A stretch of 61,008 bases of DNA from positions 1-61,008 of the IMG/VR virus record IMGVR_UViG_3300023214_000332; one strand, 5' to 3'. The stretch is from a virus (taxonomy: Duplodnaviria > Caudoviricetes). The first letter of the stretch is position 1. Every line of letters begins with the position of its first letter. A program made the position numbers and the translations under genes. Of the stretch, positions 29,060 to 39,045 are shown one piece after another. The notes below the pieces were generated by a model. The model did no database searches. It was given only the letters and a program-made list of their open reading frames with translations, and had not been told where the DNA came from.

Positions 29060-29595
29060 ACTGTCTGCGGTAGTCGTTTAAGTATAGATGGCGGGACATT
29101 TTTTATGAACTGATCAAAAAAAACCACATGCATATCAAATGGTTGAAACGTAGCCCGCAGCAAGCATGAAACATTTCCTGTGTCCGTGCCACAATTATCC
29201 AAAAGCAATTTTTTACCGTCTGTATTCATACACAACAAGGGCTGGAAAAAATTTTGCTTGGCTATGAGCAGTGGCAGTTTGCGGTCGGCGTCCCGCTTTG
29301 CCTGCGCCCAAAACCCAGGCAATGCCGCTTTGCGCCCGTAAATGAGGTTTTTTATTCCCAAATCTTTATATGATTTACACTCAATACTAAAACAGTCTAT
29401 TAGCGCATACCCATCTGGGTGTATGGCACTAATATCACCGGGGTTGGTGGTTTTGACACTCAGCGTCGCCCTACCCCCGGACATGGCACTCCGCCAGAAC
29501 AAGTCATCCCTGTGCCCAGCACTAACCCATAGGGATAATTGTTTGCATACATGACGCTCAAAATTTGCGCCCTTTTGTTTACTCTTTGATCCCAC
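29056..29595 (-). CDS. Holliday junction resolvase (PD-(D/E)xK)
   Basis: KGANFER, RSAMSGG, GDI, IECK, FWAQA; likely GTG start at 29595. Confidence 0.8.
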   Translation of the reverse strand: MGSKSKQKGANFERHVCKQLSLWVSAGHRDDLFWRSAMSGGRATLSVKTTNPGDISAIHPDGYALIDCFSIECKSYKDLGIKNLIYGRKAALPGFWAQAKRDADRKLPLLIAKQNFFQPLLCMNTDGKKLLLDNCGTDTGNVSCLLRATFQPFDMHVVFFDQFIKNVPPSILKRLPQTV

Positions 29596-30619
29596 GGCGT
29601 TTTTGTCTTGTCGGTAGGAATGTTGTTTCAACCTCACGCCATAAATCATCAACCGCTTCTGCAACCCGGTCTAGCTCCTCAAAGTAAGCCGGGTCTGGCA
29701 AATCCTGCACTTCTCTCAAGTACGTCTTTTTGTCTTTGCCCGTTAGTCGGTCCAAACCGCTAACAGCTTCAAGCCATTCTATGTTTGCAGTGAGGTCGTC
29801 TACACCATACCCAAACATTATATCAAACTCGCACTCCCTAAACGGGAGGGCCACCTTGTTTTTATCGCACTTTGCTTTTACCCGCACCCCAATAGGGCGC
29901 TCTACTTTATTTTTGGTTTTCTTGTGTGTTTTTAGTTGCGCCAGGTAAATCACCTGACTGGCGTAAAAATCCAGTGCGCGACCGCCACTACGGGTTACTT
30001 TGCGGCCGAAAGTAACACCAATGTTGTCCCGCACCTGTGATATGACCATAACGCAAAAACGGTGTGTAGACAGCCTTTTGTTTAACTTGCGGAAAAGCTC
30101 TGACATTTTCTTCGCTTTGGCCGCCCCAAAGCTGCCCTTGTCAATTTCGCGGTCTAGTTCTGCCCTGTCGGATAGGGCGTCTAGCGAGTCAACAATAAAC
30201 AGCACAGGCACATCAGACTTTTCCTTGTCTAATATCCCCATTAATTTATCTAAAGATTCGAAAAGGTCCTCTACGGTAAAAAGGTCCTCGATGAAGTTAA
30301 GTTTTTTTACCGGCACTCCCAAAGCTTCTGCATACCCCTTATCAAAGGCAGCCTCTGTCTCCACATAATATGCTTGGCCATTGGGGTATTGGCTAAGGAA
30401 GTTTGCTACCGCCTCCATAGCCAACAACGTTTTACCCGTGGATTTATCACCAACAATATTGACTATGCGCCCAATAGCCCAGCCGCCGCCCAACACGCAA
30501 TCAAGCAGCTTACTGCCACTATGAATAAAATTCACGTTCCTGTTATTGCTAGCGAAATAGAGCCCCGATGACGTATCATCTGTATCATCGGGGACATCAC
30601 TAAGTTTTTTCCTGGCCAT
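29579..30619 (-). CDS. recA: RecA/UvsX recombinase
   Basis: SGS..LD..LGGG, GDKSTGKT, IVDSLDAL, SQVRD, GGRALDFYAS, KNKVA.PFR. Confidence 0.93.
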   Translation of the reverse strand: MARKKLSDVPDDTDDTSSGLYFASNNRNVNFIHSGSKLLDCVLGGGWAIGRIVNIVGDKSTGKTLLAMEAVANFLSQYPNGQAYYVETEAAFDKGYAEALGVPVKKLNFIEDLFTVEDLFESLDKLMGILDKEKSDVPVLFIVDSLDALSDRAELDREIDKGSFGAAKAKKMSELFRKLNKRLSTHRFCVMVISQVRDNIGVTFGRKVTRSGGRALDFYASQVIYLAQLKTHKKTKNKVERPIGVRVKAKCDKNKVALPFRECEFDIMFGYGVDDLTANIEWLEAVSGLDRLTGKDKKTYLREVQDLPDPAYFEELDRVAEAVDDLWREVETTFLPTRQKRRGIKE

Positions 30620-30629
30620 TTAATGCTCC

Positions 30630-31622
30630 TTATTTCCCCCGGCGGTTACGGAGCTGGCGTAGTCTATCTCTGGCATTGGAGCTTTTTGCTGGACGCTCTT
30701 CCTCTTCCGCAGGCTCTTCTTCTTCCTCCTCCTCCTCCTCCACTTCTTCCTCCTCCTCTTCCGCAGGCTCTTCTTCTTCCTCCTCCTCCTCCACTTCTTC
30801 CTCCTCCTCGTCATCGTCTTCTACAACACGGCGCCGCGACGGCACGCCACTCGCACCCCTAGTGCGGCGCGGTTGTGACTCCCCTTCCTCGTCGCCGCTA
30901 TCAGTGGCGGCCTTGCCACTAAATATTTTTGCTATATATTCAGCGTCGTGCACCACCAACAAGTCAGGCAAGGGGTTGTTTGCTACAAACTCCAGCCATT
31001 CATCCAGGATGTCCGGGTCATCATGTAGGGGGCTGCTCTTGCGGGCAATGTCTATACCCACATATTTGGTTTTCCAACCCTGCCCCTCTCTGGCAAACTC
31101 AACGTCATAACCATTATCAGGGTTGTCTATCCACAACACCTCATTTGTGTGTTTATCAATTGACCTGCGGCTAATCTCCTTGTCCACAGTCTGCGGCATT
31201 CCCCAAACAATGGGGCCATCCTGCTCGTTGTCCCGGTCAACCAACCATACAAGCACCCGCTTCGTTGGCGCCAGCTCCCGTACATACTCCTCATCATTAC
31301 CAAGTGCATCTACGCGCGAACGCTCCGCGCAAATGGGGCAACCACCATCTCCATGGTGGTTTGGACACAAATAACTGTTTTTATCCGCCCCAATGCCATA
31401 GTGGACAAAAACGTCAATGCCGTAGTGGTCTGCCTCCTCCCATGTTGGTGGGAAGATTCTAATACGGTAGTCAGTGTCACTTTTCACTTTGAACAGCGAC
31501 GCCACATCACTGAGGTAGCTATCAAAAGACCCGGTACGCTGTTCTGCGCGGCGCTTAACCTGCTCGCGCGTACGCTCTTTGTATTGGAACCGCGACTTAG
31601 CTGCTTTTTTCTTCATTACCAT
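30630..31622 (-). CDS. Single-stranded DNA-binding protein (gp32-like) with long acidic tail
   Basis: IRIFPP, H..., C...CPIC zinc site, D.DNGYD, poly-Glu tail; GGAGG RBS before 31622. Confidence 0.8.
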   Translation of the reverse strand: MVMKKKAAKSRFQYKERTREQVKRRAEQRTGSFDSYLSDVASLFKVKSDTDYRIRIFPPTWEEADHYGIDVFVHYGIGADKNSYLCPNHHGDGGCPICAERSRVDALGNDEEYVRELAPTKRVLVWLVDRDNEQDGPIVWGMPQTVDKEISRRSIDKHTNEVLWIDNPDNGYDVEFAREGQGWKTKYVGIDIARKSSPLHDDPDILDEWLEFVANNPLPDLLVVHDAEYIAKIFSGKAATDSGDEEGESQPRRTRGASGVPSRRRVVEDDDEEEEEVEEEEEEEEPAEEEEEEVEEEEEEEEEPAEEEERPAKSSNARDRLRQLRNRRGK

Positions 31623-31757
31623 GATGTCCTCCGTTATACAAACGGTTGATAAATAAAAACCGTTGAGTAAAGTACGCTGACGCACCTACCCACACAACTA
31701 CATATACAACACCCGCTAGCAAAATTAATGCTTTGATGTATTCTATAAACACATCCA

Positions 31758-32318
31758 TTATACACCGGCATCAAGTCGTTTTTTGCGCATGGTCAGGCGT
31801 TTTTTCCTTTCTGGGCTATCACTGGCCTGAGATTCACGCCGCTTCTCAGCCACGGCTTTGCGTACAACATCCGTCCTGGCTGTCATGGCTGTGTTAACAG
31901 GCCCAGATATGGTTGCGGTAGCGGAGTAATTAGCAATATGTAACTCAACAATTTCACGCAACGCATATGACCGCTGTTCATATGCAGCTTTTAGATTCCC
32001 CCAGTTGTCAGCCTCCACACACCGCGCCCTATAAGCAGAGAGGGCTGCGTGGTGATCGTCGTGCGTCTCTATTGCTGCTGCAACCTGTGACTCTGTGGGC
32101 CGTTTACCCTCCTCCTCCAGCCTTTGACGCACAGTAAAACTTAACTCCGCGTCTTGCTGTTTCAGCAGGTCTTTTGCTTCGTCCCGACTAGAGATTGCAC
32201 CCGTGTAGCCACAACACACAAAATAGTAAAGCTGGGGATGGTTTATGACCATATTATCCAAGTCATCCGGGTCTATTTGTAACCCAGACTCTAAATCATC
32301 AAAATTTAGCCTGTTCAT
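31758..32318 (-). CDS. UvsY-like recombination mediator (helical)
   Basis: LQID.DDLD, K.TES.V, AYEQRS..L; adjacent to SSB/RecA. Confidence 0.55.
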   Translation of the reverse strand: MNRLNFDDLESGLQIDPDDLDNMVINHPQLYYFVCCGYTGAISSRDEAKDLLKQQDAELSFTVRQRLEEEGKRPTESQVAAAIETHDDHHAALSAYRARCVEADNWGNLKAAYEQRSYALREIVELHIANYSATATISGPVNTAMTARTDVVRKAVAEKRRESQASDSPERKKRLTMRKKRLDAGV

Positions 32319-32319
32319 G

Positions 32320-33252
32320 CTAGTCTCCATAAATAACTGCGCCCACGGCCAACACCAGAGGCGCTAGTTTATCCGTATGGTTAAATGGCTTGGCAAATTG
32401 TTCCATTGCATAAAGCACCGGTATGACAGCGTCGCCTTTCGCACCCATAGCTACTTTTGTTAAGTATTGCAATACAACTATACGGACAGATTCGGGACTC
32501 TGCCCATCAAGGTCTTTTAGGATTTTTACTGCCCGTTGCCAAGTCCGCCCTTGTGGGTTGATCAAAAACCGACACAGGTCAATGACCTCCTTGCTACTCT
32601 GCGCCGTTTGCAGCAACTGCGCTACTGTAGCACGGTCTTTAGCAGCGGCGCAGAGGGACAAGCTCACAAGCGCCTGCCGCATACTACCGTCTGCCCGGTC
32701 CACTATTAGGTCTACAGCACCCTCATCCAGGGTAAACCCCTCCACGCCGCAGATGTCTAGTAAATAGCTCCGGATCTCATCCTCGTCCAGCGGTTTTAGG
32801 TCATAAGCCACGCACCGGGTTCGTATAGTTTTAGCTATTTTATCTGCTTCTGTTGTACACAACATCCAATACACATGACTGGGCGGCTCCTCCAACACTT
32901 TAAGCAGACTCGACCACGCGGCTGCTGACAGCCTGTGGCACTCATCTACAACAACTGCTTTGTGACCGCCGCCAAAACCGATGTAGGGTAGGGTCGCACA
33001 TACCCTGCGCATATCATCGACGCCCGTATTCGTAGCCGCGTCAATCTCTATAACCTCTGTGCAATTAAGCTCTTTAGCTGCAATTCTAGCCAGCGTCGTT
33101 TTACCCACACCAGAGGGGCCAGTAAAAAGGAAAGCGTGTGTAAGGCCTTTGCTGATAACATCGCGCAAAGACTGGACAATAAGTTTGTGGCCAGCTACGT
33201 CATCAAACGTAGCTGGTCGGTACCGGGTATGTAAATCATTTGCTACAGTCAT
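32320..33252 (-). CDS. Clamp loader AAA+ ATPase (DnaX gamma/tau-like)
   Basis: YRPATFDDVAGH, GPSGVGKTTLARI, EIDAA..TGVDD.R, DECH.LS, LLKVLEEPP, TIRTRC. Confidence 0.9.
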   Translation of the reverse strand: MTVANDLHTRYRPATFDDVAGHKLIVQSLRDVISKGLTHAFLFTGPSGVGKTTLARIAAKELNCTEVIEIDAATNTGVDDMRRVCATLPYIGFGGGHKAVVVDECHRLSAAAWSSLLKVLEEPPSHVYWMLCTTEADKIAKTIRTRCVAYDLKPLDEDEIRSYLLDICGVEGFTLDEGAVDLIVDRADGSMRQALVSLSLCAAAKDRATVAQLLQTAQSSKEVIDLCRFLINPQGRTWQRAVKILKDLDGQSPESVRIVVLQYLTKVAMGAKGDAVIPVLYAMEQFAKPFNHTDKLAPLVLAVGAVIYGD

Positions 33253-33608
33253 AGCACCTTCCCGTGTTTCTGTGGGCGCCCGCTGTTATAACTCATTTTA
33301 TCCTGTATAGCAGCATCTATATCTAGACCAAGCTTGGCGGATAAATCCAGCACCCTAATAATCACGTCAGCTAGCTCCATAGCTATTGCTGGGTGTCCGG
33401 GCAGTTTATCATCCATACGACTATGCAAGTCATTCAACGATTCACATTTTCGAACAACCTCCAACGCCTCCGAAACCTCGGAGTGCACAAGGCATAATTT
33501 AACCGCTACCAACATTGGTGCTACTGGGGGTTCCGCCCAAAACCCCTTCTGCACCGAGTTGTTGTGGCATAGACTAGCCAGCTTATTTAGTGGCCCCTCT
33601 CTACTCAT
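33249..33608 (-). CDS. MazG-like nucleotide pyrophosphohydrolase
   Basis: LVHSEVSEALE, ELADVIIRVLD, KM.YN..R..KHGK. Confidence 0.85.
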   Translation of the reverse strand: MSREGPLNKLASLCHNNSVQKGFWAEPPVAPMLVAVKLCLVHSEVSEALEVVRKCESLNDLHSRMDDKLPGHPAIAMELADVIIRVLDLSAKLGLDIDAAIQDKMSYNSGRPQKHGKVL

Positions 33609-36141
33609 TAAGCCAATCCTCTGTAGTGAAAGTACCCACACCTTCCATGTGTGCCCAGTCGTAACCGCACTCCACCTCTACACTTATAGGCACAACCTTC
33701 ATAAAGTCATACGACACAGACAACATTTCATTGATGATTACCTGCATATAATCATCAACCAAATCCTCTGGTAAATCGAAAGTAAGGTCATCATGTATAT
33801 TCATTATTGGTTGCAGCGCCGCGTCGTTTTCTTTGTCAGCCAACTCAGATAGTCTGTTCATTGCGTCCACAACAACATCACTTGCAGTGCCTTGTATAGG
33901 GGTATTAATCACGCGGTTGCCAACAAGCGGCGCGTGCCGCCGGCGCCCTGTTTTACACTCAACATAGCCTTGTTTCTTGTATTGCCGCATTAACTCATGC
34001 TGCCACCGCTTCACGCCAACAAACGTACCCCAAAACTCCCCCAACAAGTCCTCACACAAGCTCCTGGGCAATCCCATACGACGTGCGATGCTAAAAGCCT
34101 CTGAGCCATAAAAGCCCGCCAGTACGAAATTACTTTTAGTATCTTGTCTAAGTGCGGGTAAATCTCGCCCCTTTAATGCTGATGGGTGTAACTCCGCTAT
34201 TCGTTTTGCCCAATGTAGGTGTATATCATAGTTCTCCCACAACAGTTTGATAAGGACCTCGTCACCAGACCAGGCAGCGATGACCCTGGGCTCTATTTGA
34301 CCATAATCACAGGCAACAAGTATGTGGCCGGGACTGGCAACTATTTGATTCCTCACCCATTTATCTTTCCGCTTAGGAAAATTCTGGGTATTTGGGTCAT
34401 CGGACGACAACCTTCCCGTTTCTGTAAAAACCGTATTCAGGTTTGTATGCAGCTTCCCATCTGGGTATACAAACCCACCTTTGGTTAGGAACGGGTCTGT
34501 ATATGTAGACTTCAGTTTTGTGTACCGACGGTAATCCAAAATGAGCTGGGCGACAGGGTGTTTTATTTCTTTAAGCACCTCCTCCCCAGCTTTGTATTTA
34601 TCGTTAACCCACCCCTCTTTGCACTTTAATACATCACGGAACAATTTCACCACATCCGTAGTGCTGCCGGGGTTGAACGCTCCAAACTGTTTTTTATAAG
34701 CTGTAACAGCGGCGTTATTATTAATCGCCGCCAACACCTTTTTTATCTCTATTGCTAGCCAAGCATCATTCTTTCTGGTTGCAGTCAGGTCGCAAACAAT
34801 CCCACGCTGTTGTGTCATAACAACCGTGGGTATTCTTCTTAACTGTTCCCTCTCGTAGAAGCCAGTCAATCCTAACCGGTCCAACTCCGCCTGTTGTTCT
34901 AAGTAAAGGGCGTGGGTGTATTTTGTATCCAGGGCGTTGTATTTTAGTACATCCTCCAGTCGTTCCTGGTCTAATGCAGCACGATTTAGGTTGCTTATTG
35001 GCTTTAGGTTGAAACCAAAATACTGTAGACAAAGTAGATCTAGACTTAATACCGACCTGCGCTCATCCAGCACATAAGCTTGGGCTTGGGTATCCCCCCA
35101 AGATGTGCCCCGCAGTAGTTTGCGGCCAAAAAAATGCGACAACCACTCTAGCTCAAAAGAGAGGTTATGCGCTACTTTAACGCCTCGGTGACTTAGTAAA
35201 AAGTCACCCACCATTTCCTCTACCGTACAAATGTCCCGCTCGGTAAAATGGGTGTTAACTTGGCTGTGCCTTATGGGGAATGCTACCGTACGGGCATACG
35301 TCCCAATAGCTACAGATAGAAGCTTGCTACCAGTGCGGTACGGACGAAGTCCATTTGTCTCTATGTCTATACCAAGCACGGGCTCTTCACTTAGGCTGCC
35401 CAATGCATCGATTACGTCGTTTACTTTTGTTAGCAACTCTATACCAACATAAAACTGGTCTGGGGTCTCCACCACTGGCTCCCCGACCACCGACAACTCA
35501 TCTAGCGCCCGGTGTAAGTCTTTTTTGAATACCAACCCCTCGTGGGTCTGGTATATATCTACACCGCGTTTCTCGCGCTGCTCCTGCGCCCGTTGCTGCC
35601 GCAACACATAAGACGGGTGCAGCATAGGGTAAAACCAGCAGACATGAGAGCCGACACGAACAGGCATGCGCCGCCCACGCCAACTAGTTATGGTGTCTAA
35701 CCCAGTAACCCAAGCTAGAGGGACATTGCCGAAACCAAAAATAGCCCGTGGTTTTGTCTGCTCAATATCCCGCACAATAGATGGACGACAACACTCCACC
35801 TCCTGCCATGTGGGGTTCCTATTGCCCGGTGGGCGGGTGCGGATGACATTGTTAAACCTAAGCCTGTCCTTATACCAACTTGGTATAGCATCACGGAGAA
35901 CACGGCCAGCGGGACCAATAAACTGCTCCCCGCCTTTATCCTCGCGCTCCCCAGGAGCCTCGCCCAAGATGTAAACCAGCGGTTGGTCGCTCCCAGTTGG
36001 TGCCATCTTGGGGTGACCAACATTTGCATTGTTGAGCGGACAAGCCCTGCACTCCAAGGAGTGCAGGGTGTCTACGGCTGGTCTGCTGGCGTCCCTTCTT
36101 TGTGCAGCAGAGCGTTTTTGGGTGGAGAAGAAGAAACTCAT
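33601..36141 (-). CDS. polA: Family A DNA polymerase with N-terminal family-4 uracil-DNA glycosylase domain and 3'-5' exonuclease
   Basis: CRACPL, GEAPG..ED..G..F.G.AG, HPSY (UDG); DIET, HN..FE, YNALD (exo); TGRLSS..PN.QN, DYGQIE, NTPIQGTA, IHDD (pol). Confidence 0.93.
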   Translation of the reverse strand: MSFFFSTQKRSAAQRRDASRPAVDTLHSLECRACPLNNANVGHPKMAPTGSDQPLVYILGEAPGEREDKGGEQFIGPAGRVLRDAIPSWYKDRLRFNNVIRTRPPGNRNPTWQEVECCRPSIVRDIEQTKPRAIFGFGNVPLAWVTGLDTITSWRGRRMPVRVGSHVCWFYPMLHPSYVLRQQRAQEQREKRGVDIYQTHEGLVFKKDLHRALDELSVVGEPVVETPDQFYVGIELLTKVNDVIDALGSLSEEPVLGIDIETNGLRPYRTGSKLLSVAIGTYARTVAFPIRHSQVNTHFTERDICTVEEMVGDFLLSHRGVKVAHNLSFELEWLSHFFGRKLLRGTSWGDTQAQAYVLDERRSVLSLDLLCLQYFGFNLKPISNLNRAALDQERLEDVLKYNALDTKYTHALYLEQQAELDRLGLTGFYEREQLRRIPTVVMTQQRGIVCDLTATRKNDAWLAIEIKKVLAAINNNAAVTAYKKQFGAFNPGSTTDVVKLFRDVLKCKEGWVNDKYKAGEEVLKEIKHPVAQLILDYRRYTKLKSTYTDPFLTKGGFVYPDGKLHTNLNTVFTETGRLSSDDPNTQNFPKRKDKWVRNQIVASPGHILVACDYGQIEPRVIAAWSGDEVLIKLLWENYDIHLHWAKRIAELHPSALKGRDLPALRQDTKSNFVLAGFYGSEAFSIARRMGLPRSLCEDLLGEFWGTFVGVKRWQHELMRQYKKQGYVECKTGRRRHAPLVGNRVINTPIQGTASDVVVDAMNRLSELADKENDAALQPIMNIHDDLTFDLPEDLVDDYMQVIINEMLSVSYDFMKVVPISVEVECGYDWAHMEGVGTFTTEDWLNE

Positions 36142-37202
36142 GCAAATATCGCTACAACGTAGTTAAAAGCCCCCTCGTCTGTCATAGTTATACACGAGGG
36201 TAAGACACAAAACGATGTGCATAGATTTAATGCGCGGTCTACCAGTTTGGGGTTTACCGATACACTGACGTTCGGGTGTTTTTTGTCTATGGACAGTTGA
36301 TCTTCTACGGCACCAGAGCTGGTGCTCGTGATTAAACGCATCTCCCCCTTGTTAATAGCAACTGTTGTACCACCCACAAAGAAATCCTCCCGTCCCATTA
36401 CCAATTGTGCTCTGGCTATAGCACCAGGTAAATCCGGGGGTATGTTTATGTAACACAAAGCATCTTTCTGCATGACCCGTTCTATTTGCCCTTTAAAATC
36501 CAAGCCCCGATCAGAATCATTAGAGTGAGCTACGGAGATGTATTTAGTGAACACGTGACCGCCATCAAAGGAGGCTAAAATACCGTCCCCGGTAAAAAGC
36601 AGTTCGAATTCCTTTTGCTCAAAAAACTCCGACATAGCTATGACGGCCCTACAAAACTCTGCTGGTAAATACTCCCTGCGGCTGTGTGCAGAACCAGCCC
36701 CGAGATCAAAACTCGATATTGTTACCCCGTCTGTTGCATACAACATACCGTCAGGTAAATCCCAGTTAACACAAGTTAACTCTGGTCTGGTGCTAGACTC
36801 TTGTACCGACACTAAGACCATTTTTATGCCCTGGAGCCACGTGTTTGTTAGCAACACTGTCTTGTCATTCTTTCTGATTTTTGGGTGACTGTATAAACGC
36901 TCGCTAACTGGCATCATTGGAAGCTCAAATTTTGAGCCGCAGTTAAAAAGCACAGAGCCCCCCTCTGTTTTGAATGAAACAGTGTCATTGTTACTGCTTT
37001 TTAGGAGCGACAACAGAAGCATCCCCGACACACAAGCCTCCAAACCAGTGTCACAGTCCACACTAATACCCAGGCGATCGTTGTATGCGGAGACAGTCTC
37101 CCCATCAAACACAAACTTTGTGAATACGGGGATATAGTCCTGCTTAGATAACGCAGGCGCCACCAACTCCAGTTTGTCCACCAACTCAGATTTCTGTAGC
37201 AC
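36138..37202 (-). CDS. dnaN: Sliding clamp, beta-clamp-like
   Basis: 354 aa; IPVF..F, AYN..LGI, RPEL..V, YATDG, NPKL; between polymerase and MTase, near clamp loader. Confidence 0.72.
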   Translation of the reverse strand: MLQKSELVDKLELVAPALSKQDYIPVFTKFVFDGETVSAYNDRLGISVDCDTGLEACVSGMLLLSLLKSSNNDTVSFKTEGGSVLFNCGSKFELPMMPVSERLYSHPKIRKNDKTVLLTNTWLQGIKMVLVSVQESSTRPELTCVNWDLPDGMLYATDGVTISSFDLGAGSAHSRREYLPAEFCRAVIAMSEFFEQKEFELLFTGDGILASFDGGHVFTKYISVAHSNDSDRGLDFKGQIERVMQKDALCYINIPPDLPGAIARAQLVMGREDFFVGGTTVAINKGEMRLITSTSSGAVEDQLSIDKKHPNVSVSVNPKLVDRALNLCTSFCVLPSCITMTDEGAFNYVVAIFA

Positions 37203-38241
37203 CGCTATAAACCTCTTTTATCTTAGATGGGTTGCCCTTCCAAAACACTAAAATGTTTTGGTGCGATTTTCCTACCTTCCTGGACACACGGAAATATTGT
37301 CCGGCGCGTAGGGGTAGACTACCTGTTTTTGTAACAAGAATGAGCTCGTTGTAATAAGTCAGTCCAAGCTCCCTAAACACAGCGACTGTATCTGGTACAA
37401 AACCACGGTAAGCCCCTGTTTTTTGGTCCCTTATTTCACCAACTACCACCACCAAGAAACGGTCTTCGTGCAAAAAACGCACACACTGCTCAAACACTTT
37501 ATAGTACCAATCAATAAAATCCTCGTACGTCTGGTGTGTGCTCCCATCTCTACTGTCATGACTATACAACTCAAGGTCATAGTATGGCGGGCAGGCAAAT
37601 ATTAGGTCCATGGTCCCGTAACCGACCCCGTGGGATTCAAGCACTGCATCAGTCTGTGAGCTGTCACCCAACAGCCATAACGGACGGTTGTCTACTGTAA
37701 TAGCGTCAGCCTGTGCCTCGTTTGCTTTTACCTGCACCTCGCGCACTTCTATTCCTGTATAAACATACCCCAACGCGCCGGCAACAATGCCGCGTGTAGA
37801 GCCCCCAGCAAAAGGATCTAATATACGGCCGCCCGGCAAGCAGAACCACCTGTAGCACAGCTCTGTTAGTACGGGGTCGAACACGCTGGTGCCAGTTCCC
37901 GGCCCCTCCTGGTCATAACTTAACCCCTCGTCTATATCTACCCCAGTCTGTTGTTTCACCGCCCGCTTTTTATACTGCTCCCGCAACCTTTTCCCATGTC
38001 CATCCAGCGTCTTGCGGTAGGCTCGGTTAAGCGTGTCCGTCTCATCCCTGCTACGGCCCTCCTCTCCTCTAAGCCCAAGGTTTAGCCACGCCTTCTTGCG
38101 CGTGCTCCATGCGCCAGATCTAGCGTCTAGGATGCTAAATGGCGGCATGAAAAATTTGTCCCCCATGATTGTGGAGGTAGGTGCATGGGTGGTGCCGAAA
38201 AACCCGGAACCAAACAACACGGCATCTGTTTTGTGTGCCAT
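37186..38241 (-). CDS. Amino-methyltransferase-fold (N6A/N4C-type) DNA modification enzyme
   Basis: PPFSILD.R.G.W..RK..W, SVFDPVL.E..Y.WF, DPFAGG (motif I), ACPPYY (motif IV), HQNILVF.KG. Confidence 0.85.
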   Translation of the reverse strand: MAHKTDAVLFGSGFFGTTHAPTSTIMGDKFFMPPFSILDARSGAWSTRKKAWLNLGLRGEEGRSRDETDTLNRAYRKTLDGHGKRLREQYKKRAVKQQTGVDIDEGLSYDQEGPGTGTSVFDPVLTELCYRWFCLPGGRILDPFAGGSTRGIVAGALGYVYTGIEVREVQVKANEAQADAITVDNRPLWLLGDSSQTDAVLESHGVGYGTMDLIFACPPYYDLELYSHDSRDGSTHQTYEDFIDWYYKVFEQCVRFLHEDRFLVVVVGEIRDQKTGAYRGFVPDTVAVFRELGLTYYNELILVTKTGSLPLRAGQYFRVSRKVGKSHQNILVFWKGNPSKIKEVYSGATEI

Positions 38242-38816
38242 TAATACTCTGTCCTTGGTAACGGTTTCACGTTCTCACGCTCCCACAACTGCTCCAATGC
38301 GTATTGTCTAACTACAGCATCTGGTACTATGAAATAGCTATCAATATGCTTTTCTACAATGTCTGCACGCACACGCATGACCTGGTCGTAACCAAACAAT
38401 GCGGACAAGTTTTCACGCAGCACGTCAATTATCATTGGCCCGTGGTTATGGTTACCTCGGCAAAGGCCTCTACTGGTAGTTATACGCACGTGCCCGACGA
38501 GGGTGCTGTACTTATTTAACATCAATGGGTACAACAGGCAGGTTACCGGTCTGTTTTTTGGGTCAAACTTACACCCCGAGTCAGTCAGATACCCACAAGC
38601 GGTGCCAATACGGGCTAGCCCAGCTCCGTTGTGTATTAATTCTCCAAACCGCTCTGTGGTTACATCCCTAAAAGCACGCGGTGGCCAAAAGGCGGGACTG
38701 GAGCAACACATACCGCCGCAACGTGTGCGTATACCGGCAAGGTTGCACTCATGCTGCCGGGTAGCCCACTTTGCACTGACACCCCAACGTGTGTTGTCTT
38801 CTTCGAAGAACACCAT
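38241..38816 (-). CDS. Cys-rich putative metal/Fe-S cluster protein (YkgJ-like)
   Basis: C..CGGMCC, CGYL...GC, RP.TC.LYP, C pattern. Confidence 0.6.
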   Translation of the reverse strand: MVFFEEDNTRWGVSAKWATRQHECNLAGIRTRCGGMCCSSPAFWPPRAFRDVTTERFGELIHNGAGLARIGTACGYLTDSGCKFDPKNRPVTCLLYPLMLNKYSTLVGHVRITTSRGLCRGNHNHGPMIIDVLRENLSALFGYDQVMRVRADIVEKHIDSYFIVPDAVVRQYALEQLWERENVKPLPRTEY

Positions 38817-38817
38817 A

Positions 38818-39045
38818 TCAACGCGACCTCAAGACTTTACATAGCCCAGCCACCACAGAGATAAACAGGGAGCCCAAAACAAGGGCTAAATTACCCAAAA
38901 TTGGGGATAGCACCTGCCACCAAGCCCACGTATTTATCGGAGCCACCTCAAGCACCCGTAAAACCACTAAACCTATAGTGCCAAATATACAGGCGTCGTA
39001 TAAAGTCCAGAATAATCGCCCGTGGTCCGTTAACCGTGTTTTCAT
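38818..39045 (-). CDS. Small two-TM membrane protein
   Basis: GGAGG RBS, ATGA overlap; W.WWQVLSP motif. Confidence 0.6.
   Translation of the reverse strand: MKTRLTDHGRLFWTLYDACIFGTIGLVVLRVLEVAPINTWAWWQVLSPILGNLALVLGSLFISVVAGLCKVLRSR

Noticed and set aside
25393-33608. 2-aminoadenine (Z-genome) pathway suggested by HD + MazG-like genes
   Set aside because: No PurZ/adenylosuccinate synthetase homologue in the window; both families are common in ordinary phages
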